Shown here: piece after piece, positions 1-11,025 of the stretch
How the letters are laid out: each line of letters begins with the position of its first letter
How positions within the stretch are numbered: position 1 is the first letter of the stretch
NCBI RefSeq assembly: GCF_964204645.1
Contig: NC_134032.1
Location: 8,420,275 to 8,484,274 of the forward strand
DNA: 64,000 nucleotides
Reading direction: 5' to 3'
Source of the DNA: Tubulanus polymorphus
Lineage: Eukaryota > Animalia > Nemertea
The notes under the pieces: model-generated
What the model was told of the DNA's origin: nothing
What the model saw: only the letters and a program-made list of their open reading frames with translations
Databases searched by the model: none
Position numbers and translations under genes: made by a program

Positions 1-3000
1 CGTGACTGGTTGTTTCGTGGCTCAGGTATTGATTGAATATATGCGTTCAAACAATTTGTCATCGATTCATACGAAATTTATGTTGATAGCAATAGCAATA
101 GCAATGAGAAAATAGCTAATTTCTAAAGCGCTCTTTCCACTGTGCGACGTGCATTGTTTGAGGGCACTTTCGATTGAGTCGGTATCCACATGCGTTATCC
201 CCAGCCTTGTTACTCTTCGTGGGGCGAAATAACATGCGAGCACCAACTAGACACTCAGGAGTCATCTATAAGGTCAGATGATAATTTACTGCTGCGTGGA
301 GAGAGGTAATGAGGACAATTAGTGTCTTGCCCGGGAGACACGGCGGTATTAAACAGGCATCAAACCCACGACCTGGCGAGCTTCGGTTATCGGTGTTAGT
401 CGACTGTTCGTGAAGATTGGAGCGAAATCGAATGTCATTAAGTCAAAAGCATAGGCCGGAGATGTCGACCACAAATTGAGCACGGTTGCTGTTATAGCTA
501 GAAAAGATGGTCGACAATTTGAAATGCGCTGCGAACGAATTATAGTCGGAACGACCACTAAATATAGTTCGCCCTATCTTGCCAGAGTCGAACGCTCTAA
601 CCACTGGCCCACGCCACTCCTCGGATAATAAGCAATATATTGATCATTACGATATGTGCTCCTGGTGTTTCAGAGCGCTGAAGATGCCCCTTGGACTGAT
701 TCTAACCCATTTATGGTGTCGACTGAAAGAGGCAATGCTCTCAATGTTACTGACGTAAGAGCTGCGGTAAAGGTTTGGTTGGAAGAAAGAGCCGGTAAAC
801 TTCCTCCGTACGACCATGTTCAATTATACTCAGGGTACGAGAGACACTTGAATCTAATATGATTCAGAATTCAGAAATTTAACACTACATTGTATGATAT
901 CTATCCAACACCTCTGTTAATTCATCCATGATTAATTTCAGGATTGTATTGTTTAATAGACACGGTGGTTTCGCTGGAGGTAATAAACACTCGATATATT
1001 TCGTCGATTTTTGCTTTAGGCCTGATAGGCGCCTCATGGATGTCTCTTTGGAATAAAATATGGCGGGTGATAACCACCGAAAAATAGCATTACTTTGAAA
1101 GATAACAAAAAGATGATGAAAAGATAGTAAAATGATGATAAAAGATAGTGAAATAATGAAAAGATAGTGAAATGATGATAAAAAGATAGTGAAATGATGA
1201 TAAAAAGGCTAAAGATACTCGGTGATGAAAAGATGAAACGATGGAAAGGTGAAACAATGCTGCACTACATATGAACTGCATGTGAACTTTGATGACTACA
1301 AGTCACTGTAGGTGATTAATTTCTGATTGTATTTCAAGCCGTTACGACATGAATTTTAATGACGCTGGTTTATAGTTTGCCGAGTAAAAAAGTTATATAG
1401 CATCCCGAATATGAAATAATGAACTTTAATAGCCCCAGGGTTTACTTGTATGCGCTAGGTTCGAATCCCGAATATGTAATAGAAAAAACATTCATTCATT
1501 TTAATATACCGATATATATCTTAGATTTTCAGCTTACAGCAAGATCATTTGAACATTTGTCATCGCTAAAAATACAAATGATCCTCTTAAGTGACCAAAC
1601 AAACTGCCCCTGCGCGTTACAAAAGTACACGCAGGTTCATTTCAGCGTACGACATGACCCAGATTAGAAAAAAATACACACGTAGTGACGCATGCGCACG
1701 CTAACAATTTCTTGACTTAGAGAATTTCCCCCACACTAATGCGCATGCGTTATAAACAAGGACTTTTCGTCTTTTCGTCGTTTCGCTTGTTCATCGTTTC
1801 ACCTTACTATCGTTTTACCTTTTCATTGTTTCACCTTTCCATCGTTTCATCTTTTCATCATCATTTCACTATCTTTCCATCATCATTTCACTATCTTTTT
1901 ATCATCATTTCACTATCTTTTCATCATCTTTTCACCATCTTTCGAAGCAATGCTATATTTTTGTGGATATCACCCGACATAATAAAAGCTCTCCAGGCCA
2001 GTTGCTTAAAAGTTAGGTTAAAGATAACCGTTGGATAAATACCGTGCTGACAATGGACTTTTAGTTGTGACTATGTCAACTATGTCCACTAAAAAAAAAT
2101 TTGAGCAACTGTGACCTTGTTCACTAACGCCCCGCAGCGAATAGACCGAGAGCGCGGAGCCACAAAATTATTATTGTAATTTAGTTTGTTTGTATCCTTC
2201 TAGGTGTATCAGGAAATATATGTGTTGATTCTGCATCACTAGTTCGTTATGCCCCGACAGAACTTATAAGAAACGCTCCTGCTCATGAACTCGCACATAG
2301 GTATTTATCATTTAAGGATGATGACTAACAATTGCGTTTTCGATGTACGACTGATATTAATATCAAAACTTAAAATTCTTGTTTCTTGTTCAAAACTTAA
2401 AAGTTTGCCATATGTTCTTCCTTCCTTCTTTCTATCAAATTCGGCACGATTGATATAAGAGAAACTTGAATTCAAAAGTTGCAATGATCTAACATAGTGG
2501 GGCTATGTAATCAACCGCCGTTACAGTGTTATATTGCCGATATTTACACGATTTGGCGTTACGCGAAGACTCTGACATCTTCAACTCATGATACAAATAG
2601 AGGAAACAACTATTTCCGTTGGCCTTTGTTTGATGATCGCATATTTTCTTTTATTTGTAGTATGGGGGCCAAACATGATGCCGATTATGGTACAGAATGT
2701 CCCGAAGGTGTAGGCAGTGTAATGGGAGGCGGACCACCTTATAGATTCTCAAAATGTGCGATTAGAGCCATGAAAAAAAAGATGAAAAAACTTAACGAGT
2801 AAGTACGGTGCGAAGCAACAACTACGGAAAGAAAACAAAAACATAATTTATAATACAAGTCCTGAAACATGTGACCGTTTGTAATAGACTGTACAATCCA
2901 TGTATTTGTAGGAAAAACAAAAACTGTTTGTTGAATAAAGGGGCTAATATAAAAAGATACGCTGACATTATTGAAAAACATCCTGGACAATTCTACAGCG

Positions 3001-3715
3001 CCGATGAGCAATGCAAGATGAAAAATGGACCAACATCAGTCAACTGTGTTCCACCGGTACGTATTTTAGAGTAGCAAACTCATAAAGAAGACTGCTAATT
3101 AATTGCATGACCCAAGGCTCAGAAACCATGAAATAAAGGCATAAATACCTATGGGTTTTTCTAAGTCCTGACTTAGAAAACTAGGCTTAAGTATAGTTAT
3201 CCACATAATCTCAACGGAAAATGCGCTGTTTTAGTCGTGGTGTAGAGCAGTAAATTGTACCCCGGTATATAAATGACCTAGAGGAGCCATGATATGACAC
3301 ATAGACATTCTGGGTTACCAAACGTTGCGCCAGGCCAGTGGATACATTCTGAAAAGCACCTGTTTCAGAAGTGGTTCCCATAAAAGAAATCAAAGACGTG
3401 GCTGATCAGTGAAAAGCAAGTTAATCCATTATAAATATTTTGCCATTTATGAATAGGATGTTGAACGATTTAATCCATGTGTTCATCTTATGTGCACAAA
3501 CGATAGAGGGATATGTAAACCTACCCAGCCAAAGAAAACCAACGCCCCAGCGTTCGGGACATCATGCGGCAGCCAAATGGTAAAATGTCGACTATTTCTT
3601 TAAATCGAATTACCCGCAAATATCGTGTATTCTTTATGTATTTGTTATTCGTAAATGGTTTCAATTGCAGTGGTGCATTCGAGGAAGATGTGTATTCGAC
3701 GAGAAGGCACCTTGA
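1..3715 (+). CDS. ADAMTS-like / reprolysin (M12B) zinc metalloprotease, 3' portion (5' end outside window), ending after the disintegrin-like Cys-rich domain
   Basis: Phase-consistent GT-AG exons <1-25, 674-834, 942-979, 2204-2300, 2661-2798, 2912-3056, 3457-3579, 3671-3715. The spliced protein has PPYDHVQLYSG, the zinc motif HELAHSMGAKHD across the 2300/2661 junction, Met-turn SVMG, FSKCA, then HPGQFYSADEQC and AFGTSCGSQMWCIRGRC, followed by TGA at 3713-3715. Confidence 0.85.
86..621 (-). mobile_element. Decayed tRNA-derived SINE, apparently interrupted by an insert of about 200 bp
   Basis: Reverse-complement SINE hallmarks: (AATAGC)n tail at ~86-105, central GTGTCTTGCCC motif at ~322, B-box-like CATCAAACCCACGACC at ~358, A-box-like CGCTCTAACCACTGG at ~593. 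Confidence 0.4.
1059..1981. mobile_element. Non-autonomous TIR DNA transposon, IS3EU-like, with repeat-rich arms
   Basis: Termini TATGGCGGGTGATA ... TATCACCCGACATA. Inverted arms of about 160-200 bp (1059-1259 vs 1823-1981) are built of AAGATAGTGAAATGATGA-type units. 6-bp direct repeat ATAAAA at 1053-1058 and 1982-1987. Lies in an intron of the metalloprotease. Confidence 0.7.
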
Positions 3716-4981
3716 ATATTAAGTGAGGATATCTGATCACATGTAGTTTTGTAATGATACAGTAACATGTATGTTTTCGTATGCCAATTGCTCTCGCAGA
3801 ATTTTTGAAAAAAAAATGTTTTTCTTCTATCAAGGAGGGTTGAATGATTCACAGTATATTTATTGCAAATGTCTACTGAAACGCCCCGCGCAGGCATTTT
3901 CATTTCTTCGTTTTATCACATTTGTTGATGTTGATGCGGGAAACATGTTTTATGTTTTCTATGAAATTTGTTGGTGTTGGAAAATATTCTAAAAAAAGGG
4001 GGTTGGCCTAATGAGCCAGATTTTGGGATCAGTTTCAGCGTAGAGAGGGTCGGCTGATTACTGATTACGTTCTGAAAATATATAAACAAGAATTGTGTGG
4101 TTTTCAGCAATAAAGAGGTCTGCTCATAGTACGTACTTGTCATTAGATTTAAAAAGAGGTCAGTGGTATATGGGATGTATGTAGTGTTTTATCAATATGT
4201 AATCTTGTGTCATTTCTTGGAGGCAATAAATCGTTATTGAATTGAATATAGAAGTGTCCAGTTTTTATGGGCCATGCTGTGGTGGTCCCTGATGCTGCGA
4301 TAGTTTTCGCTCCTTCTGAAGTTTTGATTGAATATCAATTAGCTCTGCAGTCTCTTGCTTGATAAACCTAATCTATACATCATTCTAAACGAAAAGTAGA
4401 TTTTTTGCCGGTGATTCCCACGAATTTATGATCTAAAAAATTTAGGTTCCGGTTTGTGCAATTATCCTACTTATTGGGGTCTATTTTTATTTGCTATATA
4501 CATCGACATTTGAAAATTGTCAATCGAAATAATAGTCCTAAACTATTTTGTGTATTTTCTTCCATTATAGACATTAATGTAAAAGACACCTGTGTTGTTT
4601 GCCCCGCCTGTTGACTAGATCATGTTTAAAAGAAGCACATTTCGAAACAGTTGACATCGACAGTGCTGCTCTGACGAAGATTGGTTTCTCCGTTGCGAGG
4701 TGCAATTTTTACTTCACATATACATGGTACAGAATTTGTCTAAAAGTAAGAGTTTATATTACCGATTATGAATGCGAGTATGTGTGATAATATCGTGTCA
4801 TGCGGTTACCGCTTGCAATACTGTCGACATGTGACACCAACTCAGGACACAGGCTTCCGTCACGCGCTATTCGTGTATTTTGTACGCGCAATTTTTTGCA
4901 CGTCGCACAGAAAATGAAACATTGGTGAGGTCACACGATAATGCACTCGTAATCACGCAGATTGTCTCATATTAACGGATT

Positions 4982-6024
4982 ATGTCGAATGATTCAATCG
5001 CGTGCGACGATGAACTAAGTATTTCAGATAACTTCATACAAAGAGTGACTTTCCTGCCGATTATCATAACAATCGGTATTTTCCTGAACAGCCTGAACAT
5101 TGCTATTCTCAAACGCCAGTCATCGCAGCACAGGTCGCTGTTTCTCCTCAGAGCGTTAGCCGTTGCCGATATTTCTTTTCTGGTCGTGAAATTCTTTCGC
5201 GAATTCTTACGTCAATTGCTGAACGTCGCAGTCTATGGACTCGCGTTTCAAAGACTAGACGAAATGGAGAATGGTCCCAATGAAAGATTTTTCGGATTCT
5301 ATATGCTGTATTTTCCAATGGTGATCTTTAACCGATCGACTAAGTTGACGAGGAACTGGATAACGGTGCTGATAGCTACGGAACGAGTTTTTAGTCTCGG
5401 TTTCCCGTTGTTCGCCCAGGCTCATATAACCGAACGCCGTTTATATGTTTGTATTTGTATACAGTATGTTTTATTCGCTTGTTTCGCCATTGGATTCATG
5501 TTAAATATAGGACATTCTACGTATTGGTTTGATGTCTGTACGGGAATTTACATTCCATTGCTCACAAAAAGAAAATTAAATCCAGTTGAATATGCGGTTT
5601 ATCGCACATTATCGGCTTTAACGTCTGCTTTCACGAGTCTTTTGCCCGTTCTATTTCTCCTGATCCTCAACACGTTTCTTGTATTCGTGCTACGAAACAT
5701 CGGTAGAATTAGAGTGAATCTCACGCAAGACCCAAAATACAGAAACATCGACCGAAAAGCTACGAAAATGACAATCGCTATCGTCGTCATGTTTCTTCTT
5801 TTAGAACCTGCAACATCAGTTAGACCCTATGTTAACACAATAGTATAAGATTGTTCGATCTACCCCGTCCTAGTGATGACGTTCTAGAAGTCCTCGGCCG
5901 CGTATCAAAAATAGGGTCCGACGTACTGACTCCATTGTCCGCTAGTGTCAACTATTTTCTCTATTGTTTTTCCAATGAGAGGTTCAGAGCTGAGACAAAA
6001 CGAATTTTCAGCCGAAAATTGTAG
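4982..6024 (+). pseudogene. FMRFamide-receptor/Srw-like class A GPCR with a frameshift between TM6 and TM7 (pseudogene, null allele or assembly indel)
   Basis: ORF 4982-5848 encodes TM1-TM6 (GIFLNSLNI, LAVAD, LTRNWITVLIATER). TM7 and helix 8 (LSASVNYFLYCFSNERFRAE) continue in the -1 frame from ~5845 to TAG 6022-6024. An upstream stop in that frame (5833-5835) confines the shift to 5836-5845. Confidence 0.8.
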
Positions 6025-6238
6025 ATTTAACATGATTTTCCCACGAGGAACTGAGCGTTAATGCAGGGCGGATTTAGGGGAAATATAGAAAATAGATATC
6101 CACCAACTGATGTTGCCCTTTTTGCCAAGCCAGAGCTACTTAAAATTTGCGACTTAGACGTTCTTCTCAGAATTTGCATTGTAATGTTTTTCTTCAAAAA
6201 TATCTTAACAACGGCGTTGAATCCCTACTAGTGGCCTT

Positions 6239-7179
6239 TACACACATCCCCTGAAACAACATTACGAATTACGTTTTACGAATTACGTCTTACGAGTTAC
6301 GTTTTACGACTTACATTTTGGGCAACGATTTACCACTATATTTCGGTTCAATTTATCACAAGAGGTCAAGGTTGTGGTGCACTCTCGTGTCGTTAATATT
6401 AAACTTTGGGTAGCAGGCAAAAGGCAGCAATGTAGTGTGATCAGTTGTAATTTTTTGCCGAATGCTTCAACTAATAACGATGATGGATGACATTGCAGCC
6501 CAAACGCTTTGCTTTCAAATATAAATATATATTTTCATTATTAAAAAATAAGACTTGTTCTGATCATTTGTTACAATTGAACAATTGTATCAGCACCGAT
6601 ATGGAGTCCAATTCCTTTTTATCTCCATGAACCCCGAATAATTTCTAGCTTTGTATCGTCTTAATCATGCCCTTGCCAAACAGGACCGGTGTCAGTGTTT
6701 GTAATTTATTAATTAATGAATCCGGACGTATGCAGGCTGAATCGCTATACTTTTAATCATTTTAAATTATCATAGTCACTTTTTGACTTCCTTGGTCTCA
6801 TTATTACTTGTAATAAAAAATGCGTACGAAACTACCTCAATTTCACGGATATAATATACATGTATATATTTCGAAATGCAAAATAAATTCAGTCAGATTC
6901 ATTCTTCGTCATGATTCGACTTCATTGCAAAGCCCGTGTTTTTCCGAAAAACGTTTGAAGCAATAGCCAATAAGTCAATGGAAAAAGGTAAATCGTAAAA
7001 CGTAATTCGAAAAACGTAATTGTATAAGACCTTGACCTCGCGCGACATACGAAATGCAGGGAGCTCATATGGTAAATCGTTAACCTAACTCGTAATTTGG
7101 AAAACGTAACTCGTAATTCGTAAAACGTAATTCGTAAAACGTAAAACGTAATTCGTAATGTCGTTTCAGGGCTTCCATA
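6239..7179. mobile_element. Second IS3EU-like non-autonomous TIR element with TTACGAA/TTACGTT heptamer-repeat arms
   Basis: CCCTGAAACAACATTACGAATTACGTTTTACG at ~6249 is the inverse of CGTAAAACGTAATTCGTAATGTCGTTTCAGGG at ~7140-7171. The right end terminates CTTCCATA. The left terminus and TSD are degenerate (GGCCTT/GGCCGA). Confidence 0.6.
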
Positions 7180-7674
7180 GGCCGACGAGATGCTATCGAT
7201 TTTTAACCCGGAAGTCATAGATTATTCATTTTATGACGGATGGCTCCGATAATATCCACATTCAGGTATCAATGATGAATAGATAGTGGGTGGCTCCGAT
7301 CATATTCGGAATAGGTTAAGTCCTCGAGCTTTTCTTTTTCTGAGCTTTTTTTTAGTACCAGATCATCGACCTCGACACTAATATTATCAAGCCGCATATT
7401 CCTGCATGCTGGAATACACACCAGGTTTTTCAGAGAGACTGAAACAATTCTACTATTCAGTCTCATTATGTTCAAGAGAACGCAATGCAAGCAACCATGG
7501 AACTCGGAATAGTACTATGAAGCAACGAAGTGTTCGTACTTTCTACGAGCGATCACGGGATTGCTCGTATGTAACTTTGAACTTTCAACTATCGATGTCA
7601 GAACTTTAACTTTTAACTATCGATGTCAGCACCGCCAGTATTCGTGGTGTATGTGACATGCAGTGTTTATCAGC

Positions 7675-8754
7675 ATGAATTATAGTGCGACGACCACAGT
7701 AGCTGAAACTACCGTAGACTGTAATCGACCGTACGTTTTCAAAAACGTGCTTCTCGTCAGCGTAAAACTAGCGGGCGCTCTACCGATCAGTATCGTCGGC
7801 ATCATTCTGAATACGTTCAGTATTCTCATCATACGTCGCCAGTCGTCTGATCACAACTCGTTGTACCTGTTAAGCTGTCTCGCACTGGCCGATATACTCT
7901 TCCTTGTTTTCAACACGATTCAGGAACCGTTGCGTTTCGTCGTGTCCTGGTTCACGCAAGGAACTCACATGTTTTGGTTTCCGTACCTGAGCTGGGGTGT
8001 GCGACCGTGGATCTATAAAACGGCTTGGATTCCGCGATATTCGGCGCAGTTGACGCGCAACTGGATAACCGTGCTGTTAGTTTTAGAACGATGCGTATCT
8101 TTAACTTTTCCATTTTTCGCCAGATCTCACATTACAAAATACAGAATAAAAATCATTGTTTGTTGTATGGTTTTTGGCTTTGGTGTATTATACTCGCCTT
8201 TCGTTATCGGCACACGCGTAAACACTTGGTTCTTTGACGCTTGTAACAATGTTCTCGTAATGGGCATCGGTTCAGCAAAAGGGAAGGTACGATCGGGCTT
8301 CTTCCGTGCTTTCAAATGGTTTGACCAATTCATCGCTGCATTAATTAAAGAATTATTGCCGGCAATTTTACTAATGATTTTCAATTGCTACCTGATATGG
8401 ATTCTTCGTAAACTGACGGCGAAAAGAAAAGAAATGACTGGCGAAAGAAATATATCGCGTCTCGACGTGAAAGCTATCAAAATTGCTATAGCTATTGTCG
8501 TTCTATTTGTCGTCTGCGAACTACCGCCATCTTATCGATCTATCTATGAATTCCTAGCCCGTTTTATAAACCTTCCAAGAATTTGGCAATCCGGCGACGC
8601 GGTATACATCACTCAAATGATGTTCGACAACCTTTTACCAACTTTGAACTCGTCGGTAAATTTCTTTATCTATTACGTGGCCAACGATCATTTTAGAGCT
8701 ACCGCTAAAGAGCTGATTCTGAAATGTCGCTTTTGCCGACGAAAGGCGGAATGA
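7675..8754 (+). CDS. Single-exon FMRFamide-receptor/sex-peptide-receptor (Srw)-like class A GPCR
   Basis: Intact 7TM ORF from ATG 7675 (MNYS, N-glycosylation sequon): GIILNTFS, LALAD, LTRNWITVLLVLER, FVVCELP, LNSSVNFFIYYVANDHFR. Clear paralog of the gene at 4982. Confidence 0.9.
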   Translation: MNYSATTTVAETTVDCNRPYVFKNVLLVSVKLAGALPISIVGIILNTFSILIIRRQSSDHNSLYLLSCLALADILFLVFNTIQEPLRFVVSWFTQGTHMFWFPYLSWGVRPWIYKTAWIPRYSAQLTRNWITVLLVLERCVSLTFPFFARSHITKYRIKIIVCCMVFGFGVLYSPFVIGTRVNTWFFDACNNVLVMGIGSAKGKVRSGFFRAFKWFDQFIAALIKELLPAILLMIFNCYLIWILRKLTAKRKEMTGERNISRLDVKAIKIAIAIVVLFVVCELPPSYRSIYEFLARFINLPRIWQSGDAVYITQMMFDNLLPTLNSSVNFFIYYVANDHFRATAKELILKCRFCRRKAE

Positions 8755-9354
8755 AGGCGTGGCTATAATTGCTTGACTCGTATCAAACCCGGAATGAAAT
8801 ATACAACTGACCACTAAACAACTCGCTATTCGACACCAGTATTTGTCAGTAATACTATGGAAATTCCCAGCCTTTATAGAATCCTAAACGCAAATTCGTA
8901 AGTGAATTGAACGAGGTTCACAAGGGCGAATAGAACCACTATGATCCTCAAACTGTCCATCCTACCAGATGAGGTACTTGAATGAATGTATTTTATTTTT
9001 AGAAATAAATCGTTACACAATTACAGGATCACACAGAATGAAATTACAATTTGCACATACCATATACATACACATACAAACATACATACATATGAATATA
9101 TAAATAAAAGATTTAACAATATATAGTGCGAGGAGTAAGGGAGAAGCTAAAGCTTATACGGGTCCTTATCCCTCCAGACGCTCGTGCTTGAAATGCATAA
9201 GTAATTATTATCTCGTACGATGATGAGTGATCGAAAATAAAATATGAAATCTAAATCATTCGATTCTTTCAAAGAAATGCATTGGAAAATGTGGTGTGGA
9301 AATAAAGTGAATTTCACATGTTGCCTCTCACTGGACGTATTATTACTTCACTAA

Positions 9355-9530
9355 CCATGACACGATCGTTGTGGATCTGTGTGCTGGCCACAAATGCACA
9401 CAGATCACAGTACCCACAGCTTTGATATAACCATTCTATTATCTAGTGTGTTTCTCCCAGCACATCCTCCCCCGGCAGGGATTCGAACCTGATGGCCACG
9501 GTACTCGTGCCGTGGCTGCGTGTAGCGATG
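9355..9530 (-). mobile_element. tRNA-derived SINE fragment with internal hairpin
   Basis: Reverse B-box GGGATTCGAACC at ~9478. Hairpin GATCTGTGTG-ctggccacaaatg-CACACAGATC. Related pieces at ~21615-21730 and, in forward orientation, ~46705-46795. Confidence 0.55.
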
Positions 9531-10240
9531 AGTGGGTGTGATTCCGGCGTTTGTGGTGACATCAAAAGATTCGTGGTGAATTCACGCGCAATGACATCAT
9601 TGGCAATGAAACTGTGAATGACGTGCATAGCCTGCCATAGAAATCCTGTGCAAGATATTTATATATCTGTCTTTTTCTCCATTCTAAAGGTCCCTTGGTT
9701 TGCCCGGTTGGCCACGTAAGCTTCGGCTGGAGGCAATCAAACCCTGGTAAGTGAGGTTGCTATTTCGCTCAAAGTATCGACGATAAATGGCGACATTGCA
9801 GGAGTCCACACGGTACGGCGGTGTACTGAACTGTGCGGACGTACTTTCGGCGCGCTCCTTGAATTACTTAAACGACCGTCAAGGTAAATTTTCACATTTC
9901 ACTTACAAACATTATCCAAGGAAACTATTTTTTTCTACCTTAGATCTATTATATTCCGTTGCCGTTTTTATGCGTTTAGCCCGTATTAGCTGAGAATTTA
10001 GTATTAATTATTCGGCCACGACAGACACTAAAAACTAGCTTATATCAAACGAATTAACATTGCATAGTCGACAAAGACTAATCGCACCGGTTGATGACAA
10101 ACGAACTAACGTGCGTAAGGCCTAGATTAGTTTAATTCTTTGCGTCCAGTTAATCCCGTTTCTATATATTGAAACTTAACCGATTTGTTTTTCTTTTTCA
10201 CCAACAAAATCTGTGTGATATTCGGTGAGACCTGGAGAAA

Positions 10241-11025
10241 ATGGCGGGAAGACAAAGTGTTTCACCCCCTAACAAGAAGCAGAAGACTGCAGCATCAAAT
10301 CGTCCGAATCGCCAGAATCATAAATCGACTGAGGAAACGGCATCACGTGTGGAAGCAGACAATGGAATATCGTCAAAACTTGATGCGATTCTTTCCCAGC
10401 TTTCGAAATTAGAGCTTCTAGACGACTTGCAGAGGGACATGACCGAAGTTAAACAATCGCTTGAATTTTGCCACCAGGACGTATTACAACTAAAGAGTGA
10501 AAACGAACAACTTAGAAGCAAAGTTCGCGATTTAGAGAAAGTCGTCGCTGATCAGGACGCAATTATCAAATCGGACCATGAACTACTCCTAGATCAGCAA
10601 TGGCGTAGCATGCGCGATAATTTGATCTTTTACGGCGTCGAGGAATCCGAAAATGAGAATACCGAGGACTTAATTAAAGGCTTTTGCGAGAAAGACCTTA
10701 AGTTACCGAAGACGACCGTGGACTCATTCAAATTCGCGCGAACACATCGCCTTGGACGAAGGAAAAACGAACACAAAAAACCGCGCCCAATTGTTGCAAA
10801 ATTCGAGTTCTTCAAAGATCGTGAACTGGTACGTTCAGTTGCGAAAAATCTCGCAGCTCGTCTTTAGGACTGAATGAACAGGTGCCTGAGGAATGGGCGG
10901 CGAGACGACGCGAAAAGCTACCCGAGCTGAGAGCCGCGAAAGCGAACGGAAAACAAGCTTTCTTTGTACGGGACAAACTCGTTATCCGCGAAAACCGTGA
11001 CCGCGTACCGATGGACAGCCACTAG
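10241..11025 (+). CDS. LINE ORF1p (coiled coil + RRM + CTD, L1/Transposase_22 type) with a 1-nt frameshift near 10855
   Basis: 10241-10867 encodes a coiled coil, RSMRDNLIFYGVEE, RTHRLG and PRPIVAKF. The expected C-terminal part (LGLNEQVPEEWAARRREKLPELRAAKANGKQAFFVRDKLVI) continues in the -1 frame to TAG 11023-11025. Confidence 0.85.

Noticed and set aside
1090-2038. Two similar hydrophobic ORFs on opposite strands (1090-1281, 1739-2038)
   Set aside because: They are translations of the two repeat-rich inverted arms of one transposon.
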